45,496 nucleotides of DNA from an uncultured Gammaproteobacteria bacterium (GCA_964522055.1 CAZFUP010000003.1:1-45496), one strand, 5' to 3'; shown: positions 27,611 to 36,497, counted from the stretch's first letter. Numbers and translations: made by a program. Notes: a model not told the origin generated them from the sequence alone.

Positions 27611-28435
27611 ATGATGAAAGCACAGGTACAATTTGCACCCTGGGATAAGTCTTATAGCTTTTCTTTTGATGATTTGCCTGTTTCTGTTGGCAATTTTGTG
27701 GTTGTAGAAACAGAAATGGGCATGGAGCTTGGTAAGGTTTTGTCTATTTCTGAAATATCTGAAAAGATAGATGAAACACGTGAATTAAAACCAGTTTTAC
27801 GATTGGCTACATATGATGACGTTTCTTCTCTGATGGATTATAAGCAGAAGAAAGAAACTCTAGATTTTTGCCAGGCCAAAATAGATTTCTATAAACTACC
27901 AATGAAGTTAGTTGATCTTCATGTTTCATTCCAAGGAGGGCGTTTGAATTTTGCTTTTGTGTCTGACGGTCGAGTTGATTTTCGAGAATTAGTAAAGGAT
28001 TTAGCCGCTCATTTTGGTGTTAATATTAGATTGACACAAATCGGTACGCGCGATGAAGCTAAAATTACTGGTGATTGCGGACCATGCGGACGGCCACTTT
28101 GTTGCCGTGGATTTCTAAATGAGTTTTCTTCAATTACTTCAGAAATGGCAGAAGCACAACAGGTTGTTCATCGTGGTAGTGAAAGAATTTCTGGAATGTG
28201 TGGGCGCTTAATGTGTTGTTTATCTTATGAATATGAAGGGTATAAGGATTTGGTTGGAAAATTACCACCAATAGGAGCCAAGGTTAATGTTGATGGTATT
28301 AAAGGAGTAGTGATAGGACACCACATATTAAAGCAGACTGTTGATGTTAAAATTCCAGCTGATAAACCAGGCGAAAGAGATGTTATAATTGAGGTAGATA
28401 TAAATCGTCATCATAAAAAAAATAAAGAAAAATAA
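27611..28435 (+). CDS. ricT: PSP1-domain Fe-S protein RicT/YaaT
   Basis: VVVET..G.ELG, GRVDFRELVKDLA, QIGTRDEAK..G.CGPCGRPLCC, ISGMCGRLMCCLSYE. Confidence 0.9.
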   Translation: MMKAQVQFAPWDKSYSFSFDDLPVSVGNFVVVETEMGMELGKVLSISEISEKIDETRELKPVLRLATYDDVSSLMDYKQKKETLDFCQAKIDFYKLPMKLVDLHVSFQGGRLNFAFVSDGRVDFRELVKDLAAHFGVNIRLTQIGTRDEAKITGDCGPCGRPLCCRGFLNEFSSITSEMAEAQQVVHRGSERISGMCGRLMCCLSYEYEGYKDLVGKLPPIGAKVNVDGIKGVVIGHHILKQTVDVKIPADKPGERDVIIEVDINRHHKKNKEK

Positions 28436-28460
28436 CAATAATTTTTTAGCATAAAAAGAG

Positions 28461-28487
28461 AAATACGTTATCATTAACGTATTTTTT
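28461..28487 (+). terminator. AT-rich inverted repeat after ricT (terminator or operator)
   Basis: AAATACGTTA-tcat-TAACGTATTT followed by Ts. Confidence 0.5.
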
Positions 28488-28502
28488 ATATTTTTTTAAA
28501 TA

Positions 28503-28511
28503 TGCTATAAT
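28503..28511 (+). promoter_or_regulatory. Extended -10 promoter for the gap-hydrogenase operon
   Basis: TGcTATAAT ending 32 nt upstream of the gap ATG; no good -35. Confidence 0.6.
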
Positions 28512-28543
28512 ATCAGAGTATTTATTAATTAATTTTTTAAATT

Positions 28544-29557
28544 ATGCCAAGAAAAAAGTTAAAAATAGCGATTAATGGCTTTGGCCGTATTGGCCGCGCT
28601 TCTTTTAGAATAATTTTAGAAAAGTATCCTGAATTAGAAGTTGTTGCTATTAACGATCTAACAGATACTAAAACTTTAGCTAGTCTGTTGCAATATGATT
28701 CTTGCTATGGCAAATATCCTTTTGTAGTTAAATACATTAAAGATGCTCTGCTTATTAAAAACAAAAAGTATCCAGTTTTTTCTGAAAAGGACCCGACGGC
28801 TTTACCTTGGAAAAAATTACAAGTTGATGTTGTTTTAGAGTGTACTGGTCGTTTTCGTGGTCGCGATGATGCTGCTTTGCATATTAAAGCTGGTGCTAAA
28901 AAAGTTATTATCTCTGCTCCTGGTAAGGGGTGCAAATCTATAGTTCTTGGAGTTAATCAAGATAAATTAAGTAAAAGCGATGATGTTTTGTCTTGTGCTT
29001 CTTGTACTACTAATTGTTTAGCGCCGGTAACGGCAGTAGTTAAAGATAAATTTGGTATTAAAAAAGCTTTAATGTCTACTATTCATGCATATACTGCTGA
29101 TCAAAATTTAGTAGATGGTCCTCATAAGGATTTACGTCGAGCACGTTCAGCCGCTTTAAATATAGTACCAACGACAACCGGAGCAGCTATTGCTGTTACC
29201 GAAGCAATTCCTTCCTTAAAGAATAATTTTGATGGTATGTCTCTAAGAGTGCCTGTCCCAGTTGGTTCTTTATGTGATGTTACTTATCTTTTAAAAAAGA
29301 GAACAACTCTTGAAGATGTTAATAAGGAATTTGTAAAAGCGTCTAAAGGAAAATTAAAAGGAATACTGGAGGCGAGCGAAGAAGAGCTTGTTTCTAGTGA
29401 TATTGTTGGCAATTCTCATAGCGCAATTGTTGATTTAAAATCGACTGCCTTAGTTTCCGGAGATTTGCTGAAAGTAATCGCTTGGTATGACAACGAATGG
29501 GGATATTCAAATCGTCTAGTTGATTTAACTGTTTATTTACGTAAATTTATTAAATAA
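28544..29557 (+). CDS. gap: Type I glyceraldehyde-3-phosphate dehydrogenase
   Basis: AINGFGRIGR, INDL, ASCTTNCLAP, TTTGAA, RVP, WYDNEWGYS. Confidence 0.98.
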   Translation: MPRKKLKIAINGFGRIGRASFRIILEKYPELEVVAINDLTDTKTLASLLQYDSCYGKYPFVVKYIKDALLIKNKKYPVFSEKDPTALPWKKLQVDVVLECTGRFRGRDDAALHIKAGAKKVIISAPGKGCKSIVLGVNQDKLSKSDDVLSCASCTTNCLAPVTAVVKDKFGIKKALMSTIHAYTADQNLVDGPHKDLRRARSAALNIVPTTTGAAIAVTEAIPSLKNNFDGMSLRVPVPVGSLCDVTYLLKKRTTLEDVNKEFVKASKGKLKGILEASEEELVSSDIVGNSHSAIVDLKSTALVSGDLLKVIAWYDNEWGYSNRLVDLTVYLRKFIK

Positions 29558-29575
29558 ATTTTCTTTGATTTGGGT

Positions 29576-30610
29576 ATGCCGAAAAAAGAGAGTATTATTG
29601 AAAAAATAAGTGAAGCTAATCTTGTCGGAAGAGGAGGAGCTTCTTTTCCGGTAGCTTCAAAGTGGTTAATGGTAAAAAAATCTTTACGTGGTCAAAAAAC
29701 AGGTTATATTATTTTAAATGGAGCTGAAGGAGAACCAGGAGTTGATAAAGACGGCTACATTCTTAATCATTACCCAGAAGAGCTTGTGCATGGTCTTTTT
29801 TTAGCGGATGAATTTTTAGGAAAAGAAAAGATAAAAAATATTTATTTTTTTCTTAATAAAGAATATTATCAGAAGTATTCATCTGGGATAAAAAAAGTTT
29901 TATCTTTAAAAAAATACTCTTCTTTAATAAAGAAGTTTGTTTTTGTTGTTAAGCCTTTAGATCTTACCTATATAAGTGGAGAAGAAACCGCCCTTTTAAA
30001 TTTAATTGAGGGTAAAAAAATAGAACCGCGCCTAAAGCCACCCTATCCTAATTCTTCCGGTTTATTTGGCAAGCCAACACTTATAAATAATACAGAGACT
30101 TTTTATAATATCAGCCTGGTTGCACGAAATAAATATCGCCACGAGAGGTTTTATACTCTAACTGGAGCTGTCCGTCGTCGGGGTGTTTATCTTTTGCCAG
30201 AATCATTAACTATTAGAGAAATACTAGAAAAAACTGGGAATATGCCGTCTTTTAAGTTTTTTGTTCAGGTTGGCGGTGGTGCCTCTGGAGAGGTTTTGCA
30301 TTATAGCCAACTAGATAGGCCAGTTAGCGGCCTAGGCTCTATTATGGTTTATGATTTTTTAAAAACAGACCATGATAAATTACTGCGTTATTGGCTTGGA
30401 TTTTTTAAAGAGCAAAGTTGCGGACAATGTACTATTTGTCGAGAGGGAACTTATAGAATATTTGAAATGTTAAGTGAAAAAAAATTTGATGAAGAATTGT
30501 TTTCTGATATTCTAAATGCTTTAGATGAAAATAGTTTTTGCTATTTAGGGCGATCTGTTTCTATTCCGATTCGTAGTTATTTTGCTAATATACTGAGAAA
30601 AAAGATTTAA
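29576..30610 (+). CDS. Minimal NuoF/HydB-like FMN- and NADH-binding subunit
   Basis: LVGRGGASFP..KW, NGAEGEPG..KD, YISGEETALL, KPPYP, PTLINNTET, SLBB region, SCGQCTICREG...SFCYLG (one 4Fe-4S cluster). No thioredoxin-like 2Fe-2S domain and no C-terminal ferredoxin domain. Confidence 0.88.
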   Translation: MPKKESIIEKISEANLVGRGGASFPVASKWLMVKKSLRGQKTGYIILNGAEGEPGVDKDGYILNHYPEELVHGLFLADEFLGKEKIKNIYFFLNKEYYQKYSSGIKKVLSLKKYSSLIKKFVFVVKPLDLTYISGEETALLNLIEGKKIEPRLKPPYPNSSGLFGKPTLINNTETFYNISLVARNKYRHERFYTLTGAVRRRGVYLLPESLTIREILEKTGNMPSFKFFVQVGGGASGEVLHYSQLDRPVSGLGSIMVYDFLKTDHDKLLRYWLGFFKEQSCGQCTICREGTYRIFEMLSEKKFDEELFSDILNALDENSFCYLGRSVSIPIRSYFANILRKKI

Positions 30611-30628
30611 TAATTTGAATTTAAATAC

Positions 30629-32344
30629 ATGTCGGTAAGAATAAATAATAAAAAAGTAAATTGGCAAAAAGGGCAGACCATTTTAGACATTGCAAGTGAA
30701 AATGGAATTACTATTCCCACTCTGTGCCATCATCCTGATCTTAAAGTTCAAGCAAATTGTCGTATTTGTGTTGTAGAAATTAAGGGATGGAAAAATTTAG
30801 CAACAGCTTGCTCAACTTTAGTTGAAGATGGTATGGAAATTTTTACAGACACAGAAAGAGTCGCTAGAGCTCGTTTGCTTAACCTAGAATTAATTTTTGC
30901 TGAACATGATATAAAGTGCGCAACTTGCACTTTTCGTTTTGATTGCGAATTACTTAAATTAGCCGCTAAATATAAGGTAAAAATAAATCGTTTTTCTCCT
31001 CGTAAAGCCAAGCGTAAAGTATATAAATTTGCCAATGCGGTTGAAATTGACAGTAGTCAATGTATAGATTGTCGCAATTGCATAGAAGCCTGTTCTACTA
31101 TTCAAAAGATTGGTTATTTAAAATTAACTGGCAAGGGTATAGATCAAGAGGTGGTGCCGGTAAAAGATAAAAATAAAGCTTGTATTTATTGTGGTCAATG
31201 TTCTTTGCACTGTCCAGTAGCAGCTGCTCAGGAACAGTATCATGGAGATAAACTAGAAAAAGCTTTAGGTGATAAAAATAAAATTGTTGTTGCTCAATTT
31301 GCGCCTTCGGTTAGAGTTTCTTTAGGAGAAGAATTTGGTATGCCTTATGGTGAAAATTGTGAAGGGAAGATAGTGACAGCTTTAAAAAAAATGGGATGTA
31401 AAAGTGTTTTTGATATTAATTTTGGGGCTGATATTACCACCATGGTTGAAGCGGAAGAGCTAGTAGAGAAAATAAAAGATAAAAAAGCGCTATTTCCAAT
31501 GTTTTCTTCTTGTTGTCCGGCCTGGGTTGCTTATGTTGAATTTTATCAACCAGATCTTATTCCTTATCTAACTTCAGCTCGTTCACCGCAAATGCATTTA
31601 GCTGGAGCTATAAAATCTTATTGGGCGAAAAAGCATAAAGTAAAAGAAAAGGATATAGTTTTAGTTTCTATTGTTCCTTGCACGGCCAAGAAATATGAAG
31701 CTAGCCGAAAAGAATTTAATTCACTAGTAGACATCGTTTTAACTACTAGGGAAATTGCTTATTTATTTAAAAAAAACAAAATAGATTTTCCTAATTTAAA
31801 AGATACAAATAGTGATAAGCTCTTTAATTCCGGTTCAGGCGCAGCGGCGATTTATGGTGCTTCTGGCGGAGTTATGGAATCAGCTCTAAGAACGGCTAGT
31901 AATCTTTTAGGTGAAAAAGGAGATAAAGGTGGACGCTTGGAATTTAATGAAGTGAGAGGATTAAAAGGTTTTAAAGAGGCTTCTATTGTTTTAGAAGGAA
32001 AAAAGATAAGAGTGGGGGTAGTTAATGGGATTGGTAATATTGATAAAGTATTGCCAAGATTTAAAAAATATCATTATATAGAAGTAATGTCTTGTCCTGG
32101 TGGATGTTTGGGCGGCGGTGGGCAACCTATGCCAAACACTAAAGATATTTTAAAAAAAAGATGTGAAGGATTGTATAAAATTGATAAAAATAGACCGCTA
32201 CGCAGGGCGCATGAGAATAAAGAAATGCTCGCTTATTATAATTTTGTTAAAGAAGAGAAATTAGAAGATAAGCTTTTTAAAACAAAATATAAAAAAACCT
32301 CTGGATCAATTTTAAAAACTACTAAGCCGAAAATTAATAAATAA
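30629..32344 (+). CDS. hydA: [FeFe]-hydrogenase group A catalytic subunit with full F-domain
   Basis: 2Fe-2S (C..HPDL...CRIC...AC), His-ligated 4Fe-4S (HxxxCxxCx5C), two 4Fe-4S (CIDCRNCIEAC, CIYCGQCSLHCP), APS, L1 SSCCPAW, L2 VPCTAKKYE, GGVMESALR, L3 EVMSCPGGCLGGGGQP, fused small-subunit region (RRAHEN). Confidence 0.95.
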   Translation: MSVRINNKKVNWQKGQTILDIASENGITIPTLCHHPDLKVQANCRICVVEIKGWKNLATACSTLVEDGMEIFTDTERVARARLLNLELIFAEHDIKCATCTFRFDCELLKLAAKYKVKINRFSPRKAKRKVYKFANAVEIDSSQCIDCRNCIEACSTIQKIGYLKLTGKGIDQEVVPVKDKNKACIYCGQCSLHCPVAAAQEQYHGDKLEKALGDKNKIVVAQFAPSVRVSLGEEFGMPYGENCEGKIVTALKKMGCKSVFDINFGADITTMVEAEELVEKIKDKKALFPMFSSCCPAWVAYVEFYQPDLIPYLTSARSPQMHLAGAIKSYWAKKHKVKEKDIVLVSIVPCTAKKYEASRKEFNSLVDIVLTTREIAYLFKKNKIDFPNLKDTNSDKLFNSGSGAAAIYGASGGVMESALRTASNLLGEKGDKGGRLEFNEVRGLKGFKEASIVLEGKKIRVGVVNGIGNIDKVLPRFKKYHYIEVMSCPGGCLGGGGQPMPNTKDILKKRCEGLYKIDKNRPLRRAHENKEMLAYYNFVKEEKLEDKLFKTKYKKTSGSILKTTKPKINK

Positions 32345-32346
32345 TT

Positions 32347-33801
32347 ATGATTCCTGTTTATATAAAAAAAGTAACACAAGAGATAAAAGCAGCCGGCTTT
32401 GAAGCTTATATAGTTGGTGGTTGTGTTCGAGATATTTTAATGGAAAAAATTCCTAATGATTGGGATATAACAACCAATGCTCGTCCTGAGGAAATAATGT
32501 CTATCTTCTCTGATGCTAGATACGAAAATGATTTCGGTACTATTTTATTACCTATTAGAAAAAATGTTTCTTCAAAACAAGATAAAGGAGATGTTTTAGA
32601 TGTTGTTGAAATAACTACTTATCGAAGCGAGCAGGGTTATTCGGATCGTCGTCATCCCGATGCGATTGTGTTTGAAAAACAAATAGATAAAGATTTGGAG
32701 AGACGTGATTTCACCATTAATGCTTTAGCACTTGATCCAGAAAAACCAGAGGAAATTATTGATCTTTTTGGAGGGCGAAAAGATTTAAAACTTAAAATAA
32801 TTAGAGCCGTGGGCGAACCAGTTGACCGTTTTAAAGAAGACGCTTTGAGAATGTTAAGAGCTATTCGTTTTCACTCTCAACTTGGCTTTGAATTAGAGCC
32901 AAAGACGCAACGCGCAATAGTTAAGTTGGCAGGTAGCTTAAAATTTGTTTCCAAAGAAAGGATAAGAGATGAGTTTATAAAAATATTAAAATCTGAACGC
33001 GCCTATGAAGGTGTTAGTCTTCTTCATGAATGCAAGCTTTTACAATATATTTTACCAGAATTAGAGCAGGGTGTTTTGGTAAAACAAGACAGGCATCATA
33101 TTTATCCTGTTTTTAAACATAATATTTTAACCTTAAAGTATTGTCCTAGTGCTAAATGGCAAGTACGTTTAGCTGCCCTGCTTCATGATGTTGCTAAGCC
33201 GAAAACTAGAAAAATAATAGATGGTATTGCTACTTTCTATAATCATGAGTATTTAGGAGCAAGAATGGTTGCTAAGATTATGGCTCGGCTTAAATTTTCA
33301 GCTGTTGATCAGGCGCAAGTTGTTAATCTTGTTAAAAATCACATGTTCTATTATAATGTCGGAGAGGTGAGCGCTGCTTCCGTCAGGCGGCTAATCGCCA
33401 AGGTTGGCAAGGAAAATCTACAAGATTTAATTGATCTACGTGTTGCCGACCGTCTTGGCTCAGGAACACCAAAAGCCATGCCATATAAATTGCGTCATTT
33501 GCAGTATATGATGGAAAAGGTGCAAAATGATCCAGTTTCGGTAAAAATGTTGAAAATAAATGGCAATGATATAATGTCTTCTTTGAAAATGGAACCAAGC
33601 CCGAAAATAGGAGCTCTTCTTGACGTCTTGTTAGCTGAAGTCATTGAAGATCCTTCGCTTAATAAAATTTCTTGGCTCAAGAAAAGGGCGGGCGAGCTTG
33701 ATAAATTTAATCTTGAGGAGCTAAGAGAAAAAGCTAAAGAGGTTATTGTCCAAAAAAGAGAAGAAGATGATAGACAAATTAAAAAAAACTATAAAGTTTA
33801 A
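32347..33801 (+). CDS. cca: CCA tRNA nucleotidyltransferase with HD domain
   Basis: VGGCVRD...DWDI, RRDFTINA, EDALRMLRAIRF, ERIRDE, LLHDVAKP. Confidence 0.9.
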   Translation: MIPVYIKKVTQEIKAAGFEAYIVGGCVRDILMEKIPNDWDITTNARPEEIMSIFSDARYENDFGTILLPIRKNVSSKQDKGDVLDVVEITTYRSEQGYSDRRHPDAIVFEKQIDKDLERRDFTINALALDPEKPEEIIDLFGGRKDLKLKIIRAVGEPVDRFKEDALRMLRAIRFHSQLGFELEPKTQRAIVKLAGSLKFVSKERIRDEFIKILKSERAYEGVSLLHECKLLQYILPELEQGVLVKQDRHHIYPVFKHNILTLKYCPSAKWQVRLAALLHDVAKPKTRKIIDGIATFYNHEYLGARMVAKIMARLKFSAVDQAQVVNLVKNHMFYYNVGEVSAASVRRLIAKVGKENLQDLIDLRVADRLGSGTPKAMPYKLRHLQYMMEKVQNDPVSVKMLKINGNDIMSSLKMEPSPKIGALLDVLLAEVIEDPSLNKISWLKKRAGELDKFNLEELREKAKEVIVQKREEDDRQIKKNYKV

Positions 33802-33809
33802 ATAAATAT

Positions 33810-34571
33810 ATGAAAAAAAATATTCTTTTTTTTACACTACTTTTTATACCTTTTGTTCTGTCAGCTTGTAGTTCTAAGCCGGCTATAAACGAAGAACCAC
33901 TAGGTTTAGAAGAGCTTGGTAATCAAAATATAGAAAGTGAAGTTGTGTCAACAAACAAAGAAACAGAAAATGAAATAAAAGTTAATAATATAATAAAAAA
34001 TAATGAAAATAATATGATAGAAGAAAATAAGATTGAAGAAACAAGTAATGAAATTTTAAGTCCAGATAAACAGCCAGACTTAACTTCAGAATATTCCCAA
34101 GCAGTTATTAAAACTAATTTAGGAGATATTACAGTTAAATTATTTACTGACGAATCCCCAATTACTGTTAATAATTTTTTGTATTTAGCTAAATCTGGCT
34201 TTTATAACGGCACTAAGTTTCATCGGATAATAAAAGACTTTATGATACAAGGAGGCGATCCTTTAAGTCGTGACGGTGATCCTCGTTACTGGGGAACAGG
34301 TGGACCAGATTACCGCTTTCAAGATGAAATTAATGATAAGAAATTGGTTCTTGGTAGTTTGGCAATGGCTAATGCTGGGCTTAATACTAATGGTTCTCAA
34401 TTTTTTATTGTCACTATACCAGAAACCCCTTGGTTAGATGGAAAGCATACTAATTTTGGGCAAGTAGTTGCTGGTATGGAAATAGTTAAAAGAATAGAAG
34501 CGGCTGAAACTGGCATAAACGATAGACCACTAGCTGATGTTGTAATAGACAGCATAGAGTTGCTTAAATAA
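33810..34571 (+). CDS. Cyclophilin-type peptidyl-prolyl isomerase, lipoprotein
   Basis: Lipobox LSAC, Asn/Glu-rich linker, FHRIIKDFMIQGGDP, AMANAG.NTNGSQFFI, WLDGKHT.FG. Confidence 0.93.
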   Translation: MKKNILFFTLLFIPFVLSACSSKPAINEEPLGLEELGNQNIESEVVSTNKETENEIKVNNIIKNNENNMIEENKIEETSNEILSPDKQPDLTSEYSQAVIKTNLGDITVKLFTDESPITVNNFLYLAKSGFYNGTKFHRIIKDFMIQGGDPLSRDGDPRYWGTGGPDYRFQDEINDKKLVLGSLAMANAGLNTNGSQFFIVTIPETPWLDGKHTNFGQVVAGMEIVKRIEAAETGINDRPLADVVIDSIELLK

Positions 34572-34575
34572 ATAT

Positions 34576-35727
34576 ATGCGTGCTTATTTAGATAATGCTG
34601 CTACAACACCTCTTGATACTCGAGTTTTAAACAAAATGAAGCCTTATTTTAACTTAGAATATGGTAATCCTTCTTCTATACATCAATTAGGTCAAGAATC
34701 GTTTATAGCTATTTCTCGGGCAAGAGAGAATATCGCTAAGATAATAGGAGGAAAAAGTGAAAGTATTATTTTTACCTCTGGTGCTAGTGAATCTAATAAT
34801 TTTATTATCAAAGGAGTAGTCTTGGCTAATTCTGGTAAACGTAATAAGATTATCACCTCCAATATTGAACATCCTTGTGTGCGCGAAGCCGCTAAAGAAC
34901 TTGCTCGCAATGGTTTTGTGTTTGAAGAAGTTTCGGTAAATGAAGATGGAATTGTTACTCCTGAAGCTCTGGAGAAAGTATTGGATGATAAAACTATTTT
35001 AGTTTCTATCATGACTGTTAATAATGAAATAGGTACTATTAATGATATTGCTAAATTATCAGAAATAACTCATCGTTTTGGTGCCTATTTTCACACTGAT
35101 GCCGTTCAGGCTGTTCCATATTTAAAGCTAAATATTGAGAAAATGGGTATTGATCTTTTAAGCCTATCAGCCCATAAGTTTCATGGTCCAAAAGGAGTGG
35201 GTTTAGCTTATGTTAAAAAGGGAATAAAGATAAAGCCATTAATACATGGCGGAGAACAGGAAGGTGGTTTACGTTCCGGTACTTATAACGTTCCCGGGAT
35301 TATTGGTTTTGAAGCAGCTTTAGAGTTGGCCTATAAAGAGAGAACTGTTTATTTAAAGAAAGTTAAGTTTCTTCGTGACTATCTTTGGAAAAAAATAAAG
35401 ACTGAAATAAAAGATGTTCATTTAAATGGCTCTATGAGAAATCGGGTTCCAGCTAATTTAAATATCATGTTTTCCTCAATTGAAGGGGAAGCTATTTTAA
35501 TGGATATGTCCTATAAAGGTGTTTATGTTTCTACCGGTTCGGCTTGTTCAGCTTCTAACCTGCATTCTTCATATGTTTTAAAGGCTATTGGCTTAAATGA
35601 TAATAAATTAAATAGCAATATTCGTTTTTCTTTAGGCAGACAAACAACAAAGAAAGAAATAGATTATACTGTTAAATGTCTTAAAGATACAGTTGCTCGT
35701 TTAAGAAAGTTTAGTCCTATTAAATAA
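34576..35727 (+). CDS. iscS: Cysteine desulfurase (IscS/NifS type)
   Basis: YLDNAATT, GNPSS.H, EHPCV, NNEIG, HTDAVQ, SAHKFHGPKG, RSGT, STGSACS. Confidence 0.95.
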   Translation: MRAYLDNAATTPLDTRVLNKMKPYFNLEYGNPSSIHQLGQESFIAISRARENIAKIIGGKSESIIFTSGASESNNFIIKGVVLANSGKRNKIITSNIEHPCVREAAKELARNGFVFEEVSVNEDGIVTPEALEKVLDDKTILVSIMTVNNEIGTINDIAKLSEITHRFGAYFHTDAVQAVPYLKLNIEKMGIDLLSLSAHKFHGPKGVGLAYVKKGIKIKPLIHGGEQEGGLRSGTYNVPGIIGFEAALELAYKERTVYLKKVKFLRDYLWKKIKTEIKDVHLNGSMRNRVPANLNIMFSSIEGEAILMDMSYKGVYVSTGSACSASNLHSSYVLKAIGLNDNKLNSNIRFSLGRQTTKKEIDYTVKCLKDTVARLRKFSPIK

Positions 35728-35738
35728 TAAAAAATTAT

Positions 35739-36185
35739 ATGGCTCTTAATTATACTAAAAAAACAATGAAACATTTTTTGCATCCCCAGAATGTTGGTGA
35801 AATAAAAAATCCTGATGGTTATGCGCAAATTGGTAATATGGTTTGTGGTGATCAGCTTGATTTTTTTATAAAAGTGCAAAAAGGGAAGATAAAAGATGTA
35901 AAGTTTTTATCTTTCGGCTGTGCTTCTAACATTGCTACCGCCTCAGTGCTAACAGAAAAAGTGAAGGGGATGACAATAGAGGAGGCTAAAAAATATAAGT
36001 GGGAAAAAATAGTAACTGATTTGGGCGGTTTACCTCATCAGAAAGTACACTGCTCAGTAATGGCTATTTCTGGTCTTAAGAAAGCAATTACTGATTATGA
36101 GAAGAATCAAGTAATAGAACCAGAATTTGGCAAGAAGAAAAAGGTTGAGAAAGTAAGTAAGAAAAAATCTTCAGTGAAGAAATAA
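35739..36185 (+). CDS. iscU: Fe-S scaffold protein IscU/NifU-N
   Basis: HF.HPQNVG, N.VCGD, FGCAS.IA, LP..K.HCS. Confidence 0.93.
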   Translation: MALNYTKKTMKHFLHPQNVGEIKNPDGYAQIGNMVCGDQLDFFIKVQKGKIKDVKFLSFGCASNIATASVLTEKVKGMTIEEAKKYKWEKIVTDLGGLPHQKVHCSVMAISGLKKAITDYEKNQVIEPEFGKKKKVEKVSKKKSSVKK

Positions 36186-36212
36186 AAACACTCCCCGTAA
36201 GGGGAGTGTTTT
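36185..36212. terminator. Bidirectional intrinsic terminator between iscU and the RRM gene
   Basis: AAAACACTCCCC-gtaa-GGGGAGTGTTTT, a perfect 12-bp stem between convergent genes. Confidence 0.9.
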
Positions 36213-36239
36213 GCTATATCTAGAGGATAAAAAAATCAA

Positions 36240-36497
36240 TTAAAATCTTTTTTCTAGAGGACGAGCTTCATTAACAACGACTCTGCGTCCGTCTAATTCC
36301 TTTTCGTTGTACATTTCGATTGCAGCGTCAGCGTCAGCATCATTTTCCATTTCTACGAAACCAAAGCCTTTAGAGCGATGAGTTAAACGATCGGAAATGA
36401 TAACAGCGGAAAGAACGGTGCCGGCTTTTGAGAAAGCTTCAGCTAAACCTTGTTCAGTTGTCTTGAAAGACAATCCGCCAACAAATAACTTTTTCAT
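36240..36497 (-). CDS. Single-domain RRM RNA-binding protein
   Basis: RNP2 KLFVGGL, RNP1 KGFGFVEM, LDGR.V.VNEARP. Confidence 0.95.
   Translation of the reverse strand: MKKLFVGGLSFKTTEQGLAEAFSKAGTVLSAVIISDRLTHRSKGFGFVEMENDADADAAIEMYNEKELDGRRVVVNEARPLEKRF

Noticed and set aside
29576-30610. Respiratory complex I (nuo operon)
   Set aside because: No other nuo genes are nearby. The adjacent gene has H-cluster motifs, so it is HydA and not NuoG.
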